DNA from: Eledone cirrhosa
Taxonomy: Eukaryota
Length of the DNA stretch: 64,000 bases
Direction: 5' to 3'
Assembly: GCA_964016885.1 (NCBI GenBank)
Contig: OZ024743.1
Span: forward strand, 128,898,001 to 128,962,000
The notes below the pieces were generated by a model. The model saw only the letters and a list, made by a program, of their open reading frames with translations. It was not told where the DNA came from and did not search any database. Below, one piece after another: positions 1-14,500 of the stretch. Made by a program: the position numbers and the translations under genes. Positions within the stretch are counted from its first letter, which is position 1. Each line of letters begins with the position of its first letter.

Positions 1-3000
1 CCAAACACCAAGCACCAAACACCAAACACCAAGCACCAAACACCAAACACCAAGCACCAAGCACCAAACACGTAACACCAAGCACCAAACACCAAGCACC
101 AAACACCAACCACCAAACACCAAGCACCAAGCACCAAGCACCAAGCACCAAACACCAAGCACCAAACACCAAGCACCAAACACCTAACACCAAGCACCAA
201 GCACCAAGTACCAAGCACCAAACACCAAGCACCAAACACCAAACACCAAGCACCAAACACCAAACACCAAGCACCAAGCACCAAACACCTAACACCAACC
301 ACCAAACACCAACCACCAAACACCAAGCACCAAGGACCAAGCACCAAGCACCAAGCACCAAACACCAAGCACCAAACACCAAGCACCAAGCACCAAGCAC
401 CAAGTACAAACACCAAGCACCAAGCACCAAACACCAAGCACCAAGCATCAAACACCAAACACCAAACACCAAGCACCAAGCACCAAGCATCAAACACCAA
501 GCATATAACACCAAACACCAAGCACCAAGCACCAAACACCAAGAACCAAGCACCAAGCACCAAGTACAAACACCAATCACCAAGCACCAAACACCATGCA
601 CCAAACACCAAGCACCAAGCACCAAGCACCAAGCATCAAACACCAAACACCAAGCACAAAGCATCAAACACCAAACACCAAGCACCAAACACCAAGCACA
701 AATCACCATGCATCAAACACCAAGCAGCCAGCAGCAAGCACCAAACACCAAACACCAAACACCAAGCACCAAAAACCAAACACCAAGCACCAAGCACCAA
801 ACACCAAGCACCAAGCACCAAACACCAAGCACCAAGCACCAAGCACCAAGCACCAATCACCAAACACCACGCACCAAGCATCAAACACCAAACACCAAGC
901 ACCAAACACCAAGCAACAATCACCATGCATCAAACACCAAGCAGCCAGCAGCAAGCACCAAACACCAAACACCAAGCACCAAGCACCAAAAACCAAACAC
1001 CAAGCACCAAGCACCAAACACCAAGCACCAAGCACCAAACACCAAACACCAAGCACCAAGCACCAAACACCAAGCACCAAAGACCAAGCACCAAGCGCCA
1101 AACACCAAGCCCCCAGCACCAAACACCAAGCACCCAGCACCAAACACCAAGCACCAAACACCAACCACCCAGCACCAAGCACCAAACACCAAGCACCAAA
1201 CACAAACACCACGCACCAAACACCAAACACCAAGCACCAGACACCAAGCACCAAACACGAAACACCAAACACCAAGCACCAAACACCAAACACCAAACAC
1301 CAAGCACCAAACACCAAACACCAAGCACCAGACACCAAGCACCAAACACGAAACACCAAACACCAAGCACCAAGCACCAAACACCAAACACCAAACACCA
1401 AACACCAAACACCAAGCACCAAAAACCAAACACCAAGCACCAGACACCAAGCACCAAACACCAAACACCAAGCACCAAACACCAAACACCAAGCACCAAG
1501 CACCAAACACCAAACACCAAGCACCAAGCACCAAACACCAAGCACCAAAGACCAAACACCAAACAGCAAACACCAAACACCATACAGCAAACACTGAACA
1601 CCAAAAAGCAGACACCAAACAGCAAACACCAAACACCAAACACCAAACACCAAACAGCAAACACCAAACACCAAGCACCAAGCACCAAGCACCAAAAACC
1701 AAACACCAAACACAAAACACCAAGCACCAAGCACCAAACACCAAACTCCAAGCACCAAGCACCAAGCACCAAACACCAAACACCAAGCACCAAGCACCAA
1801 GCACCAGGCACCAAACATCAAGCACCAAGCACCAAACACCAAGCATCAAGCACCAAACACCAAACGCCAAACACCAAACACCAAGAACCAAGAACCAAAC
1901 ACCAATCACCAAGCACCAAGTACAAACACCAAGCACCAAGCACCAAGCACCAAACACCAAGCACCAAGCACCAAACACAAAACACCAAGCACCAAGCACC
2001 AAGCATCAAACACCAAGCAGCAAACACCAAACACCAAGCACCAAGCACCAAGCACCAAACACAAAGCACCCTGCACCAAACACCAAGGACCAAGCACCAA
2101 GAACCAATCACCAAAAACCAAACACGAAACACGAAACACCAAGCACCAAGCACCAAACACCAAAATCCAAGCACCAAGCACCAAACACCAAACACCAAGC
2201 ACCAAGCACCAAGCACCAGGCACCAAACACCAAGCACCAAGCACCAAACACCAAGCACCAAACACCAAGCACCAAACACCAAACACCAAAAAGCAAACAC
2301 CAAACACCAAACAGCAAACACCAAACAACAAACACCAAACAACAAACACCAAACAGCAAACAGCAAACACCAAACACCAAGCACCAAGCACCAAACACCA
2401 AACACCAAACACCAAGCACCAGGCACCAAACACCAAGCACCAAGCACCAAACACCAAACACTAAGCACCAAGCACCAAACACTAAGCACCAAGCACCAAA
2501 CACCAAGCACCAAGCACCAAACACCAAGCACCAAGCACCAAGCACCAAACACCAAACACCAAGCACCAAAGACCAAGCACCAAGCACCAAACACGAAACA
2601 CGAAACACCAAGCACCAAACACCAAACTCCAAGCACCAAACACCAAACACCAAGCACCAAGCACCAAGCACCAGGCACCAAACACCAAGCACCAAGCACC
2701 AAACACCAAGCAACAAGCACCAAACACCAAACACCAAACACCAAACAGCAAACAACATACAGCAAACACCAAACACCAAAAAGCAAACACCAAACACCAA
2801 ACAGCAAACACCAAACAACAAACACCAAACAACAAACACCAAACAGCAAACAGCAAACACCAAACACCAAGCACCAAGCACCAAACAGTAAGCACCAAAC
2901 ACCAAGCACCAAGCACCAAACACCAAACACTAAGCACCAAGCACCAAACACTAAGCACCAAGCACCAAAGACCAAGCACCAAGCACCAAACACCAAGCAC

Positions 3001-5690
3001 CAAGCACCAAGCACCAAACACCAAACACCAAGCACCAAAGACCAAGCACCAAGCACCAAACACCAAGCACCCAGCACCAAACACCAAGCACTAAACACCA
3101 ACCACCCAGCACCAAGCACCAAACACCAAGCACCAAGCACCTAACACCAAACACCAAACATCAAGCACCAAGCACCAAGCACCAAGCACCAAGCACCTAG
3201 CACCAAACACCAAACACCAAGCACAAAACACCAAGCACCAATCACCAAGCATCAAAGACCAAGCAGCCAGCAGCAAGCACCAAACACCAAACACCAAGCA
3301 CCAAGCACCAAAAACCAAACACCAAGCACCAAGCACCAAACACCTAACACGAAGCACCAAGCACCAAGTACCAAGCACCAAACACCAAGCACCAAACACC
3401 AAGCACCAAACACCAAGCACCAAACACCAAACACCAAGCACCAAACACCTAACACCAAACACCAAGCACCAAACACCAAGCACCAAACACCAAACACCAA
3501 GCACCAAGCACCAAACACCTAACACCAAGCACCAAACACCAAGCACTAAGCACCAAGCACCAAGCACCAAACACCAAGCACCAAACACCAAGCACCAAAC
3601 ACCAAGCACCAAGCACCAAACACCAAGCACCAAGCACCAAACACCAAGAACCAAGCACCAAGCACCAAGTACAAACACCAAGCACCAAGCACCAAACACC
3701 AAGCACCAAGCACCAAGCATCAAACACCAAGCACCAAACACCAAGCACCAAGCACCAAGCATCAAACACCAAGCATATAACACCAAACACCAAACACCAA
3801 GCACCAAACACCAAACACCAAGCACCAAACACCAAGAACCAAGCACCAAGCACCAAGTACAAACACCAAGCACCAAGCACCAAACACCAAGCACCAAGCA
3901 CCAAGCATCAAACACCAAGCACCAAATACCAAGCACCAAGCACCAAGCATCAAACACCAAGCATATAACACCAAACACCAAACACCAACCACCAAACACC
4001 AAACACCAAGCACCAAGCACCAAACACCTAACACCAAGCACCAAACACCAAGCACCAAACACCAAGCACCAAGCACCAAGCAATAAACACCAAGCACCAA
4101 ACACCAAGCACCAAACACCAAGCACCAAGCACCAAACACCAAGCACCAAGCACCAAACACCAAGAACCAAGCACCAAGCACCAAGTACAAACACCAAGCA
4201 CCAAGCACCAAACACCAAGCACCTAGCACCAAACACCAAACACCAAGCACCAATCACCAAGCACCAAACACCAAGCAGCCAGCAGCAAGCACCAAACACC
4301 AAGCACCAAGCACCAAAAACCAGACACCAAGCACCAAGCACCAAACACCTAACACCAAGCACCAAGTACCAAGCACCAAACACCAAGCACCAAACACCAA
4401 ACACCAAGCACCAAACACCAAACACCAAGCACCAAGCACCAAACACCTAACACCAAGCACCAACCACCAAACACCAAGCACCAAGCACCAAGCACCAAGC
4501 ACCAAACACCAAGCACCAAACACCAAGCACCAAACACCAAGCACCAAGCTCCAAACACCAAGCCCCAAGCACAAAACACCAAGCACCAAGCACCAAGCAT
4601 CAAACACCAAGCACCAAACACCAAACACCAAGCACCAAGCACCAAGCATCAAACACCAAGCATATAACACCAAACACCAAGCACCAAGCACCCAGCCCCA
4701 AACACCAAGCACCAAGCACCAAGCAAAAAGCACCAAACACCAAGCACCAAACACCAAACACCAAGCACCAAACACCAAACACCAAGCACCAAGCACCAAA
4801 CACGTAACACCAAGCACCAAACACCAAGCACCAAACACCAACCACCAAACACCAAACACCAAGCACCAAGCACCAAGCACCAAACACCAAGCACCAAACA
4901 CCAAGCACCAAACACCTAACACCAAGCACCAAGCACCAAGTACCAAGCACCAAACACCAAGCACCAAACACCAAACACCAAGCACCAAACACCAAACACC
5001 AAGCACCAAGCACCAAACACCTAACACCAACCACCAAACACCAACCACCAAACACCAAGCACCAAGGACCAAGCACCAAGCACCAAGCACCAAACACCAA
5101 GCACCAAACACCAAGCACCAAGCACCAAGCACCAAGTACAAACACCAAGCACCAAGCACCAAACACCAAGCACCAAGCATCAAACACCAAACACCAAACA
5201 CCAAGCACCAAGCACCAAGCATCAAACACCAAGCATATAACACCAAACACCAAGCACCAAGCACCAAACACCAAGAACCAAGCACCAAGCACCATGCACC
5301 AAACACCAAGCACCAAGCACCAAGCACCAAGCATCAAACACCAAACACCAAGCACCAAGCATCAAACACCAAACACAAAGCACCAAACACCAAGCACAAA
5401 TACCAATGCATCAAACACCAAGCAGCCAGCAGCAAGCACCAAACACCAAGCACCAAACACCTAACACCAAACACCAAGCACCAAACACCAAGCACCAAAC
5501 ACCAAACACCAAGCAACAAGCATCAAACACCTAACACCAAGCACCAAACACCAAGCACTAAGCACCAAGCACCAAGCACCAAACACCAAGCACCAAACAC
5601 CAATCACCAAACACCAAGCACCAAAAACCAAACACCAAGCACCAAGCACCAAACACCAAGCACCAAGCACCAAACACCAAGCACCAAGCA
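1..5690 (+). repeat. Older, rearranged copy of the left-domain higher-order unit
   Basis: Shares rare markers with downstream copies: CACGTAA at 69, 4801, 10769, 16779; CACTGAA at 1592, 6396, 12238; CAGTAAG at 2886, 9045, 14887. Offsets to the next copy are inconsistent (4732, 4804, 6159), implying internal indels. Confidence 0.75.
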
Positions 5691-8600
5691 CCAAGCACCA
5701 AGCACCAATCACCAAACACCAAGCACCAAGCATCAAACACCAAACACCAAGCACCAAACACCAAGCACCAATCACCATGCATCAAACACCAAGCAGCCAG
5801 CAGCAAGCACCAAACACCAAACACCAAGCACCAAGCACCAAAAACCAAACACCAAGCACCAAGCACCAAACACCAAGCACCAAGCACAAAACACCAAACA
5901 CCAAGCACCAAGCACCAAACACCAAGCACCAAAGACCAAGCACCAAGCACCAAACACCAAGCCCCCAGCACCAAACACCAAGCACCCAGCACCAAACACC
6001 AAGCACCAAACACCAACCACCCAGCACCAAGCACCAAACACCAAGCAACAAACACCAAACACCACGCACCAAGCACCAAGCACCAAACACCAAACACCAA
6101 ACACCAAGCACCAAACACCAAACACCAAGCACCAGACACCAAGCACCAAACACGAAACACCAAACACCAAGCACCAAGCACCAAACACCAAACACCAAAC
6201 ACCAAACACCAAACACCAAGCACCAAAAACCAAACACCAAGCACCAGACACCAAGCACCAAACACCAAACACCAAGCACCAAACACCAAACACCAAGCAC
6301 CAAGCACCAAACACCAAACACCAAGCACCAAGCACCAAACACCAAGCACCAAAGACCAAACACCAAACAGCAAACACCAAACACCATACAGCAAACACTG
6401 AACACCAAAAAGCAGACACCAAACAGCAAACACCAAACACCAAACACCAAACACCAAACAGCAAACACCAAACACCAAGCACCAAACACCAAGGACCAAG
6501 CACCAAACACCTAACACCAAGCACCAAGCACCAAGCACCAAACACCAAGCACCAAACACCAAACATCAAGCACCAAGCACCAAGTACCAAACACCAAGAA
6601 CCAAGAACCAAACACCAAGCACCAAGCACCAAGTACAAACACCAAGCACCAAACACAAAACACCAAGCACCAAGCACAAAGCATCAAACACCAAGCAGCA
6701 AACACCAAACACCAAGCACCAAGCACCAAACACAAAGCACCCAGCACCAAACACCAAGGACCAAGCACCAAGCACCAAAAACCAAACACCAAACACAAAA
6801 CACAAAGCACCAAGCACCAAACACCAAACTCCAAGCACCAAGCACCAAGCACCAAACACCAAACACCAAGCACCAAGCACCAAGCACCAGGCACCAAACA
6901 CCAAGCACCAAGCACCAAACACCAAGCACCAAGCACCAAACACCAAACGCCAAACACCAAACACCAAGAACCAAGAACCAAACACCAAGCACCAAGTACA
7001 AACACCAAGCACCAAGCACCAAGCACCAAACACCAAGCACCAAGCACCAAACACAAAACACCAAGCACCAAGCACCAAGCATCAAACACCAAGCAGCAAA
7101 CACCAAACACCAAGCACCAAGCACCAAGCACCAAACACAATGCACCCAGCACCAAACACCAAGGACCAAGCACCAAGCACCAAGCACCAAAAACCAAACA
7201 CGAAACACGAAACACCAAGCACCAAGCACCAAACACCAAACTCCAAGCACCAAGCACCAAACACCAAACACCAAGCACCAAGCACCAAGCACCAGGCACC
7301 AAACACCAAGCACCAAGCACCAAACACCAAGCACCAAGCACCAAACACCAAACACCAAACACCAAACAGCAAACAACATACAGCAAACACCAAACACCAA
7401 AAAGCAAACACCAAACACCAAACAGCAAACACCAAACAACAAACACCAAACAACAAACACCAAACAGCAAACAGCAAACACCAAACACCAAGCACCAAGC
7501 ACCAAACACCAAACACCAAACACCAAGCACCAGGCACCACACACCAAGCACCAAGCACCAAACACCAAGCACCTAGCACCAAACACTAAGCACCAAGCAC
7601 CAAACACTAAGCACCAAGCACCAAACACCAAGCACCAAGCACCAAACACCAAGCACCAAGCACCAAGCACCAAACACCAAACACCAAGCACCAAAGACCA
7701 AGCACCAAGCACCAAACACCAAGCACCCAGCACCAAACACCAAGCACTAAACACCAACCACCCAGCACCAAACACCAAACACCAAGCATCAAGCACCTAA
7801 CACCAAACACCAAACACCAAGCACCAAGCACCAAGCACCAAACACCAAGCACCCAGCACCAAACACCAAACACCAAGCACAAAACACCAAGCACCAATCA
7901 CCAAGCATCAAACACCAAGCAGCCAGCAGCAAGCACCAAACACCAAACACCAAGCACCAAGCACCAAAAACCAAACACCAAGCACCAAGCACCAAACACC
8001 TAACACCAAGCACCAAGCACCAAGTACCAAGCACCAAACACCAAGCACCAAACACCAAACATCAAGCACCAAGCACCAAGTACCAAACACCAAGAACCAA
8101 GAACCAAACGCCAAGCACCAAGCACCAAGTACAAACACCAAGTACCAAGCACCAAGCACCAAACACCAAGAACCAAGCACCAAACACAAAACACCAAGCA
8201 CCAAGCACCAAGCATCAAACACCAAGCAGCAAACACCAAACACCAAGTACCAAGCACAAAACACAAAGCACCCAGCACCAAACACCAAGGACCAAGCACC
8301 AAGCACCAAAAACCAAACACCAAACACAAAACACAAAGCACCAAGCACCAAACACCAAACTCCAAGCACCAAGCACCAAGCACCACACACCAAACACCAA
8401 GCACCAAGCACCAAGCACCAGGCACCAAACACCAAGCACCAAGCACCAAACACCAAGCACCAAGCACCAAACACCAAACGCCAAACACCAAACACCAAGA
8501 ACCAAGAACCAAACAGCAATCACCAAGCACCAAGTACAAACACCAAGCACCAAGCACCAAGCACCAAACACCAAGCACCAAGCACCAAACACAAAACACC

Positions 8601-11571
8601 AACCACCAAGCACCAAGCATCAAACACCAAGCAGCAAACACCAAACACCAAGCACCAAGCACCAAGCACCAAACACAATGCACCCAGCACCAAACACCAA
8701 GGACCAGGCACCAAGCACCAAGCACCAAAAACCAAACACGAAACACGAAACACCAAGCACCAAGCACCAAACACCAAACTCCAAGCACCAAGCACCAAAC
8801 ACCAAACACCAAGCACCAAGCACCAAGCACCAGGCACCAAACACCAAGCACCAAGCACCAAACACCAAGCAACAAGCACCAAACACCAAACACCAAACAC
8901 CAAACACCAAACAACATACAGCAAACACCAAACACCAAAAAGCAAACACCAAACACCAAACAGCAAACACCAAACAACAAACACCAAACAACAAACACCA
9001 AACAGCAAACAGCAAACACCAAACACCAAGCACCAAGCACCAAACAGTAAGCACCAAACACCAAGCACCAAGCACCAAACACCAAACACTAAGCACCAAG
9101 CACCAAACACTAAGCACCAAGCACCAAACACCAAGCACCAGGCACCAAACACCAAGCACCAAGCACCAAGCACCAAACACCAAACACCAAGCACCAAAGA
9201 CCAAGCACCAAGCACCAAACACCAAGCACCCAGCACCAAACACCAAGCACTAAACACCAACCACCCAGCACCAAGCACCAAACACCAAGCACCAAGCACC
9301 TAAAACCAAACACCAAACACCAAGCACCAAGCACCAAGCACCAAACACCAAGCACCTAGCACCAAACACCAAACACCAAGCACAAAACACCAAGCACCAA
9401 TCACCAAGCACCAAACACCAAACACCAAGCACCAAACACCTAACACCAAACACCAAGCACCAAACACCAAGCACCAAACACCAAACACCAAGCAACAAGC
9501 ATCAAACACCTAACACCAAGCACCAAACACCAAGCACTAAGCACCAAGCACCAAGCACCAAACACCAAGCACCAAACACCAAGCACCAAACACCAAGCAC
9601 CAAGCACCAAACACCAAGCACCAAGCACCAAACACCAAGAAACAAGCACCAAGCACCAAGTACAAACACCAAGCACCAAGCACCAAACACCAAGCACCAA
9701 GCACCAAGCATCAAACACCAAGCACCAAACACCAAGCACCAAGCACCAAGCATCAAACACCAAGCATATAACACCAAACACCAAACACCAAACACCAAAC
9801 ACCAAACACCAAGCACCAAACACCAAGCACCAAACACCAAGCACCAAACACCAAGCACCAAGCACCAAACACCAAGCACCAAGCACCAAACACCAAGAAC
9901 CAAGCACCAAGCACCAAGTACAAACACCAAGCACCAAGCACCAAACACCAAGCACCAAGCACCAAGCATCAAACACCAAGCACCAAACACCAAGCACCAA
10001 GCACCAAGCATCAAACACCAAGCATATAACACCAAACACCAAACACCAAGCACCAAACACCAAACACCAAGCACCAAGCACCAAACACCTAACACCAAGC
10101 ACCAAACACCAAGCACCAAACACCAAGCACCAAGCACCAAGCACCAAACACCAAGCACCAAACACCAAGCACCAAACACCAAGCACCAAGCACCAAACAC
10201 CAAGCACCAAGCACCAAACACCAAGAACCAAGCACCAAGCACCAAGTACAAACACCAAGCACCAAGCACCAAACACCAAGCACCTAGCACCAAACACCAA
10301 ACACCAAGCACCAATCACCAAGCACCAAACACCAAGCAGCCAGCACCAAAAACCAGACACCAAGCACCAAGCACCAAAAACCAGACACCAAGCACCAAGC
10401 ACCAAACACCTAACACCAAGCACCAAGCACCAAGTACCAAGCACCAAACACCAAGCACCAATCACCAAACACCAAACACCAAGCACCAAGCACCAAGCAC
10501 CAAGCACCAAACACCAAGCACCAAACACCAAGCACCAAACACAAGCACCAAGCACCAAACACCAAGCACCAAGCACCAAACACCAAGCACCAAGCACCAA
10601 GCATCAAACACCAAGCACCAAACACCAAACACCAAGCACCAAGCACCAACATCAAACACCAAGCATATAACACCAAGCACCAAGCACCAAGCAAAAAGCA
10701 CCAAACACCATGCACCAAACACCAAACACCAAGCACCAAACACCAAACACCAAGCACCAAGCACCAAACACGTAACACCAAGCACCAAACACCAAGCACC
10801 AAACACCAACCACCAAACACCAAGCACCAAGCACCAAGCACCAAACACCAAGCACCAAACACCAAGCACCAAACACCTAACACCAAGCACCAAGCACCAA
10901 GTACCAAGCACCAAACACCAAGCACCAAACACCAAACACCAAGCACCAAACACCAAACACCAAGCACCAAGCACCAAACACCTAACACCAACCACCAAAC
11001 ACCAACCACCAAACACCAAGCACCAAGGACCAAGCACCAAGCACCAAGCACCAAATACCAAGCACCAAACACCAAGCACCAAGCACCAAGCACCAAGTAC
11101 AAACACCAAGCACCAAGCACCAAACACCAAGCCCCAAGCATCAAACACCAAACACCAAACACCAAGCACCAAGCACCAAGCATCAAACACCAAGCATATA
11201 ACACCAAACACCAAACACCATGCACCAAACACCAAGCACCAAGCACCAAGCACCAAGCACCAAGCATCAAACACCAAACACCAAGCACCAAGCATCAAAC
11301 ACCAAACACCAAGCACCAAACACCAAGCACAAATCACCATGCATCAAACACCAAGCAGCCAGCAGCAAGCACCAAACACCAAACACCAAACACCAAGCAC
11401 CAAAAACCAAACACCAAGCACCAAGCTCCAAACACCAAGCACCAAGCACCAAACACCAAGCACCAAGCACCAAGCACCAAACACAAAGCACCAAAGACCA
11501 AGCACCAAGCACCAAACACCAAGCACCCAGCACCAAACACCAAGGACCAAGCACCAAGCACCAAGCACCAA
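5690..11571 (+). repeat. Left-domain ~5.9 kb higher-order unit, copy 1
   Basis: Near-identical ORF translations recur at +5863, +5842 (6511..7572 vs 12353..13414; 9110..9355 vs 14952..15197) and +6010 (9440..10600 vs 15450..16610). Confidence 0.92.
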
Positions 11572-14500
11572 TCACCAAACACCAAGCACCAAGCATCAAA
11601 CACCAAACACCAAGCACCAAACACCAAGCACCAATCACCATGCATCAAACACCAAGCAGCCAGCAGCAAGCACCAAACACCAAACACCAAGCACCAAGCA
11701 CCAAAAACCAAACACCAAGCACCAAGCACCAAACACCAAGCACCAAGCACCAAACACCAAACACCAAGCACCAAGCACCAAACACCAAGCACCAAAGACC
11801 AAGCACCAAGCACCAAACACCAAGCCCCCAGCACCAAACACCAAGCACCCAGCACCAAACACCAAGCACCAAACACCAACCACCCAGCACCAAGCACCAA
11901 ACACCAAGCAACAAACACCAAACACCACGCACCAAGCACCAAGCACCAAACACCAAACACCAAACACCAAGCACCAAATACCAAACACCAAGCACCAGAC
12001 ACCAAGCACCAAACACGAAACACCAAACACCAAGCACCAAGCACCAAACACCAAACACCAAACACCAAACACCAAACACCAAGCACCAAAAACCAAACAC
12101 CAAGCACCAGACACCAAGCACCAAACACCAAACACCAAGCACCAAACACCAAACACCAAGCACCAAGCACCAAACACCAAACACCAAGCACCAAGCACCA
12201 AACACCAAGCACCAAAGACCAAACACCATACAGCAAACACTGAACACCAAAAAGCAGACACCAAACAGCAAACACCAAACACCAAACACCAAACACCAAA
12301 CAGCAAACACCAAACACCAAGCACCAAACACCAAGGACCAAGCACCAAACACCTAACACCAAGCACCAAGCACCAAGCACCAAACACCAAGCACCAAACA
12401 CCAAACATCAAGCACCAAGCACCAAGTACCAAACACCAAGAACCAAGAACCAAACACCAAGCACCAAGCACCAAGTACAAACACCAAGCACCAAACACAA
12501 AACACCAAGCACCAAGCACAAAGCATCAAACACCAAGCAGCAAACACCAAACACCAAGCACCAAGCACCAAACACAAAGCACCCAGCACCAAACACCAAG
12601 GACCAAGCACCAAGCACCAAAAACCAAACACCAAACACAAAACACAAAGCACCAAGCACCAAACACCAAACTCCAAGCACCAAGCACCAAGCACCAAACA
12701 CCAAACACCAAGCACCAAGCACCAAGCACCAGGCACCAAACACCAAGCACCAAGCACCAAACACCAAGCACCAAGCACCAAACACCAAACGCCAAACACC
12801 AAACACCAAGAACCAAGAACCAAACACCAAGCACCAAGTACAAACACCAAGCACCAAGCACCAAGCACCAAACACCAAGCACCAAGCACCAAACACAAAA
12901 CACCAAGCACCAAGCACCAAGCATCAAACACCAAGCAGCAAACACCAAACACCAAGCACCAAGCACCAAGCACCAAACACAATGCACCCAGCACCAAACA
13001 CCAAGGACCAAGCACCAAGCACCAAGCACCAAAAACCAAACACGAAACACGAAACACCAAGCACCAAGCACCAAACACCAAACTCCAAGCACCAAGCACC
13101 AAACACCAAACACCAAGCACCAAGCACCAAGCACCAGGCACCAAACACCAAGCACCAAGCACCAAACACCAAGCACCAAGCACCAAACACCAAACACCAA
13201 ACACCAAACAGCAAACAACATACAGCAAACACCAAACACCAAAAAGCAAACACCAAACACCAAACAGCAAACACCAAACAACAAACACCAAACAACAAAC
13301 ACCAAACAGCAAACAGCAAACACCAAACACCAAGCACCAAGCACCAAACACCAAACACCAAACACCAAGCACCAGGCACCACACACCAAGCACCAAGCAC
13401 CAAACACCAAGCACCTAGCACCAAACACTAAGCACCAAGCACCAAACACTAAGCACCAAGCACCAAACACCAAGCACCAAGCACCAAACACCAAGCACCA
13501 AGCACCAAGCACCAAACACCAAACACCAAGCACCAAAGACCAAGCACCAAGCACCAAACACCAAGCACCCAGCACCAAACACCAAGCACTAAACACCAAC
13601 CACCCAGCACCAAACACCAAACACCAAGCATCAAGCACCTAACACCAAACACCAAACACCAAGCACCAAGCACCAAGCACCAAACACCAAGCACCCAGCA
13701 CCAAACACCAAACACCAAGCACAAAACACCAAGCACCAATCACCAAGCATCAAACACCAAGCAGCCAGCAGCAAGCACCAAACACCAAACACCAAGCACC
13801 AAGCACCAAAAACCAAACACCAAGCACCAAGCACCAAACACCTAACACCAAGCACCAAGCACCAAGTACCAAGCACCAAACACCAAGCACCAAACACCAA
13901 ACATCAAGCACCAAGCACCAAGTACCAAACACCAAGAACCAAGAACCAAACGCCAAGCACCAAGCACCAAGTACAAACACCAAGTACCAAGCACCAAGCA
14001 CCAAACACCAAGAACCAAGCACCAAACACAAAACACCAAGCACCAAGCACCAAGCATCAAACACCAAGCAGCAAACACCAAACACCAAGTACCAAGCACA
14101 AAACACAAAGCACCCAGCACCAAACACCAAGGACCAAGCACCAAGCACCAAAAACCAAACACCAAACACAAAACACAAAGCACCAAGCACCAAACACCAA
14201 ACTCCAAGCACCAAGCACCAAGCACCACACACCAAACACCAAGCACCAAGCACCAAGCACCAGGCACCAAACACCAAGCACCAAGCACCAAACACCAAGC
14301 ACCAAGCACCAAACACCAAACGCCAAACACCAAACACCAAGAACCAAGAACCAAACACCAATCACCAAGCACCAAGTACAAACACCAAGCACCAAGCACC
14401 AAGCACCAAACACCAAGCACCAAGCACCAAACACAAAACACCAACCACCAAGCACCAAGCATCAAACACCAAGCAGCAAACACCAAACACCAAGCACCAA

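Noticed and set aside
502-508. TATA-like CATATAA/CATATATAA motifs as promoters
   Set aside because: They are variant monomers propagated by duplication, with no downstream gene or other promoter context.
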